From NCBI GenBank assembly GCA_964544635.1, contig CAZJCK010000008.1, positions 1-61,565 on the forward strand: DNA of 61,565 nt. Direction: 5' to 3'. The position numbers and the translations under genes are program-made. This stretch comes from an uncultured Ignavibacteriales bacterium (GTDB lineage: Bacteria > Zixibacteria > MSB-5A5 > GN15 > FEB-12). The notes under the pieces were generated by a model. The model was not told the origin of the DNA, searched no databases, and saw nothing but the letters and a program-made list of their open reading frames with translations. Below, one piece after another: positions 17,969 through 26,752 of the stretch; position 1 is the stretch's first letter; each line of letters starts with the position of its first letter.

Positions 17969-18829
17969 ATGCATCTGGATCTGCAGGGAAGCATACAGCA
18001 GTTCACCCTCCCGGAGATATTTCAATTGGTGGCGGGCGCCCGGAAATCGGGGACGCTTGGTATTCAACGCGACGATTCGATCGTGATGATCTATTTCAGG
18101 GATGGAATGATTGTGTATGCCTACGGTCCGCGCCAGACTTTCCACCTCGGCCAGCTTTTGAAAGAACAGGGCGTGATTACCGGCGAGCAGCTCGACCGTG
18201 CCGTGACGACCCAGTCGGAGAACGATAACTCGAGGCGACTCGGCGAAATTCTCATCGGCCAGGGGCATATCGATCGAGCCGATCTCGAAAAGGTCGTCAA
18301 GAACCAGATCGAGCAGCTTCTCTATTCGCTGCTGGCCTGGGACTCCGGTACGTTCAAGTTTTATGAAGACCAGTTTCCGACCGACGAAGAGATCACGGTC
18401 ACCATTTCAGTCGAGAATGTCATTCTCGAAGGACTGCGTCGGGTCGACGAACGGCGCATGGTGGAGCAGACCCTGCCCGACACCGAAAGCGTGTTTTCAC
18501 TGGCCTCGTCGGAAGCCGGCCGCAAGCGGATGGTATCGCTGTCGGCTGAGGAGTGGAACGTGATGGCGCTGGTCGACGGTCACCGTAATGCCGAGCAGAT
18601 TGCATCTGAAAGCTCGCTTGATCGTGACCGGGCGCTGCGTACCCTGGCACAGCTGAAACTGGCCGGCCTGATTACCGATACCGGCGAAAAGGCAACCGAG
18701 CGCAGCCCCCGTTTGGAGTCGATGGTCAATCGGCTGGCTGAACTGTTTGAAGCCTACCTGACCCAGAAAACAGCCGAGCGTGGCGCGACCCCGCGGCGGG
18801 TCACCGAAATGGCAACGGAGCGAAAGTAA
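17969..18829 (+). CDS. DUF4388 domain protein with tandem MshEN-like motifs and C-terminal winged-helix-like region
   Basis: LQGSIQQFTLPEIFQLVAGARKSGTL (DUF4388 start); HLGQLL..GVIT..QL..A...Q and RLGEILI.QG.I; W.SG.F.F; LVDG.RN..QIA. Confidence 0.85.
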   Translation: MHLDLQGSIQQFTLPEIFQLVAGARKSGTLGIQRDDSIVMIYFRDGMIVYAYGPRQTFHLGQLLKEQGVITGEQLDRAVTTQSENDNSRRLGEILIGQGHIDRADLEKVVKNQIEQLLYSLLAWDSGTFKFYEDQFPTDEEITVTISVENVILEGLRRVDERRMVEQTLPDTESVFSLASSEAGRKRMVSLSAEEWNVMALVDGHRNAEQIASESSLDRDRALRTLAQLKLAGLITDTGEKATERSPRLESMVNRLAELFEAYLTQKTAERGATPRRVTEMATERK

Positions 18830-19513
18830 GTGGCAAAGCAGGAAACTCTCACTCGGCTCGAGCAGTTGCTGGAGTCGTTTCTGGATCGCGCAGTCAGCCT
18901 CAAGGAAGAGCGACTGCGCGTAATAGACGGTATCAACCGTCTTGACGACATCGCCCGTTCCGATATCACGTCCCCCGACCGTCTGACCGACCGCCTCGGC
19001 GACTGGTTTGCCGACCACCGTAACTGGCTGAATTCAAGTGCTTTGCGGCCATCCGACGTGAGCCGTATCGGCACCATCCTGGCCAATATCCGGCGCGAAA
19101 TGCCGGCTGACGACGATGCCTCTCCGGCTGCCCGCAAGATCCGGGCGGAAATTGTCCGCTGGCAGGAGCCGGTGCGGGAAATGGAAGAGACGAAGGCAAC
19201 CACCACACCCCGGCTGGTGCTTAGGCGTCCTGCCGAAACCGCCCCAAAAGTGGTCGAGCAAGAGGACGCTATCACCCGGTTTGGCAAGCTCCTGGACCGC
19301 ATGAGCGCCCTGTTCGCCGACTTCTCGGGCAACAAAAAGCATATTCTATCGGCCCTCGACGACAGCCTGAGGGCCGCATTATTGCAGCGAAACAAGGATG
19401 CCTTGCTTTTGTCCGCGTATATGATATATTTCCTCAGATTGCACGGGTATAAAGTTGAGCCGTTCGTGAAGCGTTTGAAAGACGCCGAACGTGGTATAAA
19501 GGAGAGCGGCTGA
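18830..19513 (+). CDS. Hypothetical helical protein (227 aa)
   Basis: GTG immediately follows the upstream TAA; TGATG overlap with the downstream gene; no motif recognised. Confidence 0.75.
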   Translation: MAKQETLTRLEQLLESFLDRAVSLKEERLRVIDGINRLDDIARSDITSPDRLTDRLGDWFADHRNWLNSSALRPSDVSRIGTILANIRREMPADDDASPAARKIRAEIVRWQEPVREMEETKATTTPRLVLRRPAETAPKVVEQEDAITRFGKLLDRMSALFADFSGNKKHILSALDDSLRAALLQRNKDALLLSAYMIYFLRLHGYKVEPFVKRLKDAERGIKESG

Positions 19514-19740
19514 TGTTAAGCCCGGCAGAAAAAGCGTATGCTCGCGCTCTGTTGGCCCTGAAGAACAGGGACTACGTGGCGGCGGCAGCGCATTTCGACC
19601 GTGCCGCAACCGATTTCCGCGATAATCAGGAATTTATCCTGCTGCGGGAAACAAACCGGTTACTTCTGACGGTTAAGAAGGAGCTGGGACGGTTCGATGA
19701 TGAAAAAATAGAAGTAGAGGAGATATACACCAATGGCTAA
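19513..19740 (+). CDS. Hypothetical 75-aa protein with a TPR-like helix pair
   Basis: AYARALLALKNRDYVAAAAHFDRA resembles a TPR; translationally coupled on both sides. Confidence 0.65.
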   Translation: MLSPAEKAYARALLALKNRDYVAAAAHFDRAATDFRDNQEFILLRETNRLLLTVKKELGRFDDEKIEVEEIYTNG

Positions 19741-19921
19741 AAGACAAAGCTTTGCCGACAAGTCCAGCAAGGTCTCCCACTCGCAGACCTGCCCGGTTTG
19801 CAGCCAGACCATCCAGTTCATCAAGCATATGCGCGGTGTCAAGGGTGATCGCGGTCAGTGGAAAATGCGGCCGGTAACGGTCGGCGTCTGCAAGTGCAAC
19901 GAACAGCAGGTTTACGGCTAA
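19733..19921 (+). CDS. Small basic Cys4 protein (62 aa), DUF4295/bL38-like candidate
   Basis: Strong SD (AGAGGAG); MAKRQSFADK N-terminus; CPVC and CKC; followed by a terminator. Confidence 0.75.
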   Translation: MAKRQSFADKSSKVSHSQTCPVCSQTIQFIKHMRGVKGDRGQWKMRPVTVGVCKCNEQQVYG

Positions 19922-19942
19922 ACTGTTGCGCTGACAAGCTCG

Positions 19943-19974
19943 GCCCTCCCCAAACCGGGGAGGGCTTTTTTTTT
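19943..19974 (+). terminator. Rho-independent terminator
   Basis: GCCCTCCCC-AAACC-GGGGAGGGC plus T9. Confidence 0.9.
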
Positions 19975-20016
19975 GCTTGTTGGTTTCTCACGATTCAGGT
20001 GTAGATTGTTGCCGTC

Positions 20017-22059
20017 ATGACACCGCCAGAGCACACAACCTCGAAACCAACAGTGGCGGCAGTTCTCGTCGTGTTCCTGCTGACCTCGGCAGCATTCGTC
20101 GCCTTTTCGCTCTTTCCTGCTGGACGCAGCTGGGGACTGTCGGTGTGGGCACATTTTCCGGTCTGGTTGCCGGCGACGATGGCGGTTGCGCTGCTGTTAA
20201 CGGCCGGCCTTGCGCTGCGCCTGGGTGCCGCCGAGCTGAAGTCTGGCAGGAAGACCTGTACGGTCAGTACCCTGGCGGTGTCCGGTGTGCTGCTGTTGGC
20301 TTTTGTACTTTTGCGTACGAAGACTCATTATATGGGTGACGGTTACGCCCTGCTTGATCACCTCGCCTCGGATCAACCGCTCATTAAGAACCGTCAATGG
20401 CTGGAATCCTGGGTGCGCGTTATTGTGCGCGACCTGGCCGGTGGACCGTCGGCCGACAACGCTCTTCTGAGTTTTCGCATTCTGGCCTGGATCGGAGGTG
20501 CCACCTTTGTCGCCGTCGCGGCAATCTGGTCGAGAATCCTGATCAGGCAGCCGTTCCCGGCGCTGCTCTTGTTTGGCGGCATCGTGACCGGTGGCTACAC
20601 GCTCATGTTCTTCGGCTATGTCGAGAACTATTCGCTGTTTGTTCCGGCCGTGCTGTTGTTCACACTCTACGGCCTGGCGGCGGCGCAGGAGAAACACCAT
20701 CCCGGGTGGGGGCTGGTGATGATTGTCCCGGCGGTGCTCCTGCACATATTCGGTGTTACCTTATTGCCGGCAGCGATCTACCTGGTGCTTTCGCATCCGG
20801 CAATCGCAAACCGTCTGCTCAAACTGCCGGCCGCCCTGAGGTGGGGCGGAGTACTGATCGCAGTCGTCGGATTGCTCGGACTGTTCGCGTTCTTCTGGCA
20901 GTCGGATCAGTTCTTTCGGTATGCCTTCGTGCCACTGGTCGAGGATCGGGTGACGGTCGAGGGATACACCATGTTCTCGGCGGCGCACCTGCTGGATGTG
21001 GCCAATCTGCTGCTGGTGCTTGTGCCCGGTCTGGTCGTACTGGTAGTGGCGCTGTTTCAAGCACGGCCTCGAATGTCGCGCCGCGATCTGCGGTTTGGTC
21101 TCATACTTGTCGCGAGTTGTGTCGGGGCGGCGTTTATCTTCGATCCGAAACTTGGCATGCCTCGCGACTGGGACTTGTTTGCGTTTTGCGGTGTGCCGAC
21201 AGCAGTCGTCTGGTACTACCTCGTGCTGACATCAGCACCGTCAAGACTTGCCCGAACCGCCGTCGTCTGCTCGATCGGCCTGGCTCTCACGGTGCTGGGC
21301 GGCCGCGTCGCGACTCAGCAGTTCGACGATATCGCCGCGGCCCGCTTCGAGCGCTACGCCGCGCTCGACGCCAGGAAGAACATGAATTTCCGCAAGCTGG
21401 TGGTCGATTACTATGAGCGGACCGGCGATATCGAGCGGGCGTCCAAATCCCTCGCGGCCTTCCACGAGGCGTACCCGGAATGGAATCTCAACCGTCGGGG
21501 CATGTATTTCATGGACCGGAAGAACCCGTCAGCGGCCATCCCGCTGTACCGCCAGGCGATCGAACACAACCCGGTTTTTACGGCCGCTTACTCCAACCTG
21601 GCAATCGCTTACATGCGCCAGGGGCAACTCGATTCGGCTCAGACGATGGCCAATATTGCCCGTGGTTTCAATCCGCTGGGACCGCGCATTGCGGTCACCC
21701 TTGGCCAGATCGCGCTGCGCCGCGAACAACTCGGCCTGGCTGAGCAATACTTCGGCGAGGCGCGGCAACGGGCGCCCGACGATGTCGATCCAGTTATCGG
21801 ATTGGCAATGGTAGCGCGCATGCGCGGCGATGAGGCGGCCTACAGCGATCACATGGTACAGACTCTGCGCTTCGATACCATCCCGGTGGCGCCGCTGCGC
21901 GGTTTCGCCAACTACCTGGCCGGGCGCGGCCGGTATGCGGCGGCGGTGCGGGTGTACGAAAAAGCGCTGGCCAACGGTCTGGACAGCGCCATCTATGAGT
22001 CGCTTCTGGAAACTACGCCGGGTCTGAAGCGGGCGGCCGATTCCCTTGCCGGCAACTGA
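20017..22059 (+). CDS. Polytopic membrane protein with C-terminal TPR domain (possible GT-C fold glycosyltransferase)
   Basis: About 12 hydrophobic segments with loop motifs MGDGY, GYVENY, PRDWDL; TPRs (YRQAIEHNP..AYSNLAIAY). Confidence 0.75.
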   Translation: MTPPEHTTSKPTVAAVLVVFLLTSAAFVAFSLFPAGRSWGLSVWAHFPVWLPATMAVALLLTAGLALRLGAAELKSGRKTCTVSTLAVSGVLLLAFVLLRTKTHYMGDGYALLDHLASDQPLIKNRQWLESWVRVIVRDLAGGPSADNALLSFRILAWIGGATFVAVAAIWSRILIRQPFPALLLFGGIVTGGYTLMFFGYVENYSLFVPAVLLFTLYGLAAAQEKHHPGWGLVMIVPAVLLHIFGVTLLPAAIYLVLSHPAIANRLLKLPAALRWGGVLIAVVGLLGLFAFFWQSDQFFRYAFVPLVEDRVTVEGYTMFSAAHLLDVANLLLVLVPGLVVLVVALFQARPRMSRRDLRFGLILVASCVGAAFIFDPKLGMPRDWDLFAFCGVPTAVVWYYLVLTSAPSRLARTAVVCSIGLALTVLGGRVATQQFDDIAAARFERYAALDARKNMNFRKLVVDYYERTGDIERASKSLAAFHEAYPEWNLNRRGMYFMDRKNPSAAIPLYRQAIEHNPVFTAAYSNLAIAYMRQGQLDSAQTMANIARGFNPLGPRIAVTLGQIALRREQLGLAEQYFGEARQRAPDDVDPVIGLAMVARMRGDEAAYSDHMVQTLRFDTIPVAPLRGFANYLAGRGRYAAAVRVYEKALANGLDSAIYESLLETTPGLKRAADSLAGN

Positions 22060-22061
22060 GC

Positions 22062-23063
22062 CTACTCCAGCTTGAGATACGGCACAGCGTTCACCGCCAG
22101 TTCACCGGGACCATCCTTTTGATATCGATAATAGCCGGCGGCTGCGATCATGGCGGCGTTGTCGGTGCACAGCGAAAGCGGTGGTACGAACAATCGCAGG
22201 CCAATCCGCTCGGCTTCCTCTTTGAGTCGCGCGCGCAGTCGTGAATTGGCGGCCACGCCGCCCGAGATCGTAATATGGCGCACCCGCCGTTCCCGCGCTG
22301 CTCGTACCGTGCGTTCGATCAGCGAATCGACGACCGCCTCCTGGAACGATGCCGCGATGTCGGCTTTGGTCTGCTCGTATGTCGATGGGTCCAGCTTCTC
22401 CAGGTGCAACGACACCGCTGTCTTCAGCCCCGAGAACGAAAAGCGGTACGACTGGTCGTTGCGCATCGGTCTTGGAAAGTCGATGGCTGCGGGGTTGCCG
22501 TCTTTGGCCAGCTTGTCAACCAGGGCGCCTCCCGGATAGCCAAGTCCCATCAGTTTGGCGACCTTGTCGTATGCTTCCCCGGCGGCATCGTCGCGGGTCT
22601 GGCCCAGGATCTCATACTCACCGAACTCCAATACGTCGACGAGCATGGTATGTCCACCGGAGACGATCAGTGTGAGATGATGCTGATCGAGTTCGGGATG
22701 CGCCAGCAGGTTGGCGGCGAGGTGGCCTTCCATGTGGTTGACGCCGACGAACGGTTTGCCGGTGGCAAACGCCACGCCCTTGGCAAAGGTGAGACCGACG
22801 AGCAACGGGCCGACCAGCCCCGGCCCCATAGTAGCGGCGATCAGGTCGACGTTGTCGAGCGTGATGCCCGCTTTGTCGAGGGCCTCACGATAGATCGGTA
22901 CAATGGTACGCAGGTGAGCGCGACTGGCAATTTCCGGAACGACGCCACCAAACTTCTCATGCTCAACCTGTGACAGGATGACATTCGACAGAATCTCACG
23001 TCCGTCCCGTACCACCGCGACGGCGGTTTCATCGCACGATGTCTCCACTCCCAGAATCAGCAC
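22062..23063 (-). CDS. tsaD: tRNA N6-adenosine threonylcarbamoyltransferase
   Basis: ILGVETSCDET, GGVVPEIASRAH, NHMEGH, VSGGHT, DDAAGEAYDK, FSFSGLKT, CTDNAAMIA. Confidence 0.97.
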   Translation of the reverse strand: MLILGVETSCDETAVAVVRDGREILSNVILSQVEHEKFGGVVPEIASRAHLRTIVPIYREALDKAGITLDNVDLIAATMGPGLVGPLLVGLTFAKGVAFATGKPFVGVNHMEGHLAANLLAHPELDQHHLTLIVSGGHTMLVDVLEFGEYEILGQTRDDAAGEAYDKVAKLMGLGYPGGALVDKLAKDGNPAAIDFPRPMRNDQSYRFSFSGLKTAVSLHLEKLDPSTYEQTKADIAASFQEAVVDSLIERTVRAARERRVRHITISGGVAANSRLRARLKEEAERIGLRLFVPPLSLCTDNAAMIAAAGYYRYQKDGPGELAVNAVPYLKLE

Positions 23064-23070
23064 GTCAGAT

Positions 23071-23988
23071 CTACCTCACGACCACACGTATCTGGTTGAC
23101 CGATACATCGCGCATGGTCAGCCCTGCCGGGAAGTCGACATTGAGCGGCAGCTTGGCGGTGGAGTCGATACCGGAGAAGTCGACCGATGCGGACAGGTCG
23201 GAAACATCGAGCCGTTCGATGTCGCCGGGCGGGCCAACCAATTCAACCCAAATGCGATCCGGGATGACATCCACTGCCTCGTCGGCCGGTCGATTGAAGA
23301 CAACCACCGGGATATCTTCGAACCGCTTGATGGCGATGGCAACGACGGTGACAACGACGAAGGCCGTATCCGGGCGGACTTCAACATTATATATCGACGG
23401 CTGCCGGATCGGGACCTTAATGGTATCAGTATGATCAAGGCCGGTCAGGTCACGGTCCTGGGTGAGGACAGATTGCAGCTGATTCACCCGTGCCCGGGCG
23501 CCGATCACCGTCACAGCCGCCGGCGAATCGACGACAATACCGGTAACGGTATAACCTTCTGCCGCCTCGGCAGTGAGTCCCGGTTCGACCGGTACAATAG
23601 CGCTGTCGATATCGTCGATATTCAGGACCACGGTGGCCGGTGCGACCACCTTGTCGATGGTCAGGCCGACCTCCTGCTCGATAAACGACAGGTTGCCGCC
23701 GGTCAGGTTAATGATGTGCCGTCCCGGTGCAAACTGGGCGGCGGTCAGTCGCAATCCCTGGCGCTGCCATTTCTGTCTGAGCAGCCGTTTGCCCGATGCC
23801 GACACCACTATCCGTACCGAATCGGGCGGTTCCTGGGCCAGGGTCAGGGAGTCGTCGAGACCGATTTCATTGAGCGGCAGGGCAAGTTCATGGTCGTAGG
23901 TTCGCTCCGTCGCGACATGAACCCACAGCAGGAAGCCGAGCACGACGGCGAAGGCCTGGAGTATGAGGTTATCGAACTTAATATCCAT
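23071..23988 (-). CDS. YbbR/CdaR-like domain protein
   Basis: N-terminal TM ending LLWVHV, followed by repeated YbbR-like units (P..V.V.G, ASVDFSG); likely start at ATG 23988. Confidence 0.8.
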   Translation of the reverse strand: MDIKFDNLILQAFAVVLGFLLWVHVATERTYDHELALPLNEIGLDDSLTLAQEPPDSVRIVVSASGKRLLRQKWQRQGLRLTAAQFAPGRHIINLTGGNLSFIEQEVGLTIDKVVAPATVVLNIDDIDSAIVPVEPGLTAEAAEGYTVTGIVVDSPAAVTVIGARARVNQLQSVLTQDRDLTGLDHTDTIKVPIRQPSIYNVEVRPDTAFVVVTVVAIAIKRFEDIPVVVFNRPADEAVDVIPDRIWVELVGPPGDIERLDVSDLSASVDFSGIDSTAKLPLNVDFPAGLTMRDVSVNQIRVVVR

Positions 23989-24077
23989 GGTTGTTCCGGC
24001 GGGCCGCCGACCGGCAGCGGCAGTCACTGCCCATTCTAACTAATCGATGTCGCGGAATCAACGGTTTAGACAGGTGG

Positions 24078-25547
24078 TCAATCGACACGGCTGGGATTGT
24101 TCCACCAGAAGAGGGTCAGGCCGTCCTGCGTACCCACCCAGATGTAGTCGCCGAACAGGTCGAGGCTGAAGGCGATGTTCGACGCCAGGCCGTCGTCGAC
24201 CGTGAAGGTCCGCTCAATCACCGGATCGGCGGTGTGGAAGATGATGGTCAGGCCGGCGTCGGACGCCACCGCGCAGATGGTGTCGTTGGCTGCGATCGCA
24301 TTCGCCTGGGCCCGCGGAAAGACCTGGCTGTATGGCGTCGTCTCGCCGGATTCAACGTTCAGCCGCAGCACTCCGCTGCCGCTCAGCAGCCACAAATGGT
24401 CACCCGCACGGTCGAGGCTGTAAACGCCGCCAAACAGGACCAGGGTCGGATCATGGAACTGCTGCAGCTCACCGCTCCTGGTCTTCAGCCGATAGGCGCC
24501 GCCCGACGATGCAATCCAGATATCATCGCCGACCTGTTCGAAGTCGTAGACCTGCCGATTGACAAACTGCTCCGGCCACAGGAACTGGGCCGTATCCCCT
24601 TCGCGCGTCAGCAACGACAGACCGTCCGCAGTGCCGACGAAGATGGAATCACCCGTCGCCAGTATCGACAGGACATTGTCGTCGGTCAAACCGTTGCGAC
24701 GGCTGATTCGCCCGGCGAACATCTTGGTTTCGAAGTTGTAGCGATACATCCCGAGCGGCGTGCCGATCAACAAATATTCGCCGGCATATTCAAGACAGTT
24801 GATATCGGTGCGGGGGAAATCGTTGGTGACACCGCTTTCGATATAGTCGAAGGTGTTATCTTCGTAATTGAAAACGCTGACCCCGGTACGATATTCATCG
24901 AAATAGGCGCCGCCAATGTAGTAGAGGCCGTCCACCTCTTCGATCGCATTGACCCGGTTCTGCAGCAGGCCGTACGGGAGCACACTGACAAACTTCGAGG
25001 TAGCGTTGGCTTTCAGCGGGCCGAACCCCCAGGTGCCCATCCACAGGTTACCCTCACCGTCGTTGATGACATCGGTGATCTCGAAGCGACGGCTGTGAGG
25101 ATCGATCAACAAACCATCGTCAGAGTAATTGAAACCGTGCGGTGGCAGCAGCGTGCGGGGTGGTGAAATGTGGGAAATGTCGTTCTCCACCTCCGGCAGA
25201 TCGGTGAGCGTATACCAGCGATCGAGAAACGAGTTGTATTCGTACATGCCGAGCGGGGTGTCGACATAGAGTCGCTTGTCAAAACGATCGACCCATATCG
25301 ATCGAATCTCCTCGTCCGGCGGACCATAGGTGCCGGTCAAGGGATCGAGCCATTGCTTCTTTATCTTATCGTATCGCAGGATACCTTCAGTTGTGGCGTA
25401 GTAGACGTACGACATCGACGAAGTGACACGATTGATGAAACCGAAGTCGGCCCAGGTGACAGCCTGTCCGGTCAAGTCAACGGCGCCGGTCGCTCCCGCC
25501 AGGATCGTGAGCAGCAAGACGACACCCATGATGGGCCGCGACCTCAC
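24078..25547 (-). CDS. Secreted beta-propeller repeat protein (Reg_prop-like blades)
   Basis: Signal peptide; repeated GL..N.V..I...G..IW(V/I)GT.DGL motifs. Confidence 0.75.
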   Translation of the reverse strand: MRSRPIMGVVLLLTILAGATGAVDLTGQAVTWADFGFINRVTSSMSYVYYATTEGILRYDKIKKQWLDPLTGTYGPPDEEIRSIWVDRFDKRLYVDTPLGMYEYNSFLDRWYTLTDLPEVENDISHISPPRTLLPPHGFNYSDDGLLIDPHSRRFEITDVINDGEGNLWMGTWGFGPLKANATSKFVSVLPYGLLQNRVNAIEEVDGLYYIGGAYFDEYRTGVSVFNYEDNTFDYIESGVTNDFPRTDINCLEYAGEYLLIGTPLGMYRYNFETKMFAGRISRRNGLTDDNVLSILATGDSIFVGTADGLSLLTREGDTAQFLWPEQFVNRQVYDFEQVGDDIWIASSGGAYRLKTRSGELQQFHDPTLVLFGGVYSLDRAGDHLWLLSGSGVLRLNVESGETTPYSQVFPRAQANAIAANDTICAVASDAGLTIIFHTADPVIERTFTVDDGLASNIAFSLDLFGDYIWVGTQDGLTLFWWNNPSRVD

Positions 25548-26752
25548 CGAGCCAGTCCTTTCAGGGCGTCAATGGCCGCCTGCACCATGACGGTCGTTCC
25601 GATGGGCAGGGCATCTTCGTCGGCAATAAATTGCGGCGAATGCCACGACTTGTCGGCGCCGATCCCGGTGTTGCGAATACCGACGCGGAACATGGCACCG
25701 CGCGTTTTTTCAAGGTAGCAGGCGAAATCCTCACCGCCGAGCACCTGGTCGGTCGTTGCCACTTTATCCCGCCCCAGCACTTTTTCGGCCGCTGCTTCGA
25801 TGATGCGGTTGGCCTTGGCGTCATTGACGACGACCGGGTAGTCGGAGATGAATGAAATGTCCACTTTGGCGCCGCGGGCTTTGGCGACATTGGTAACGGT
25901 GCGTTTGATTGCTTTCGGCAGCTTCTTGCGGGCCTCCGCCGAGAGGGTTCGGGCGGTGCCGGTCAATTCAACCCGATCGCAGATGACGTTCCGGGCGGTG
26001 CCGCCCTCGATTTTACCGAAGGTAATGGCGACCGGGGCGATTGGATCCATCTCGCGCGATACTACTTTCTGGAGCGACTCGATGATCTCGGCGGCGGTGA
26101 CGATGGCGTCGACGGCGTTCTGCGGTCGGGCGGCATGGCCGCCGACACCGTGGACGACAATATCGAAATCCATCACAGAGCCCATCGTGGCGCCGTCGCG
26201 GGTCGAAATTCTGCCGGTCGGCAGGTGCGGGTCGACATGCAGGCCGAAGATCATCGACACCCCATCCAGGGCGCCCCGCTTGATGAATTCGCGGGCGCCG
26301 CCGGGCGGCATCTCTTCGGCCGGCTGGAACAAGAATCGGATGGTGCCGGCAAATTCCTTGCGGAGCCGGGAAAGCACGGAGGCGGTGCCCAGAATCGTGG
26401 CCATGTGCATGTCATGACCGCAGGCATGCATGCGACCGTCGTACTTCGACTTGAACGGCAGGTCGGTGTGCTCAAGGATTGGCAGGGCATCAATATCGGT
26501 TCTCACCGCCACCATCTGCTTTGAACTACCCGACGCTCCCACCAGGTCGGCGGCAAAGCCGGTCGGCATTTCTAAGGTGTTTACCTTCAGACCGATCTTC
26601 TTCGCCCGCTCCTGGAGGTACTTTGTCGTCTCGTACTCTTCGTCGGACAGTTCCGGATGCTGATGGAGATGCCGGCGCCAGGCGATTTGGTCGGCGTGCA
26701 GGCTCCGGGCATGGTCGAGTATCTGTCGGGAAAGTGCACTGTCGTCAGTCAT
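25544..26752 (-). CDS. M20D family amidohydrolase
   Basis: RRHLHQHPELS, RTDIDALPI, MHACGHDMH, FQPAEE, GGHAA.P, GEDF; start at ATG 26752. Confidence 0.93.
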   Translation of the reverse strand: MTDDSALSRQILDHARSLHADQIAWRRHLHQHPELSDEEYETTKYLQERAKKIGLKVNTLEMPTGFAADLVGASGSSKQMVAVRTDIDALPILEHTDLPFKSKYDGRMHACGHDMHMATILGTASVLSRLRKEFAGTIRFLFQPAEEMPPGGAREFIKRGALDGVSMIFGLHVDPHLPTGRISTRDGATMGSVMDFDIVVHGVGGHAARPQNAVDAIVTAAEIIESLQKVVSREMDPIAPVAITFGKIEGGTARNVICDRVELTGTARTLSAEARKKLPKAIKRTVTNVAKARGAKVDISFISDYPVVVNDAKANRIIEAAAEKVLGRDKVATTDQVLGGEDFACYLEKTRGAMFRVGIRNTGIGADKSWHSPQFIADEDALPIGTTVMVQAAIDALKGLAR

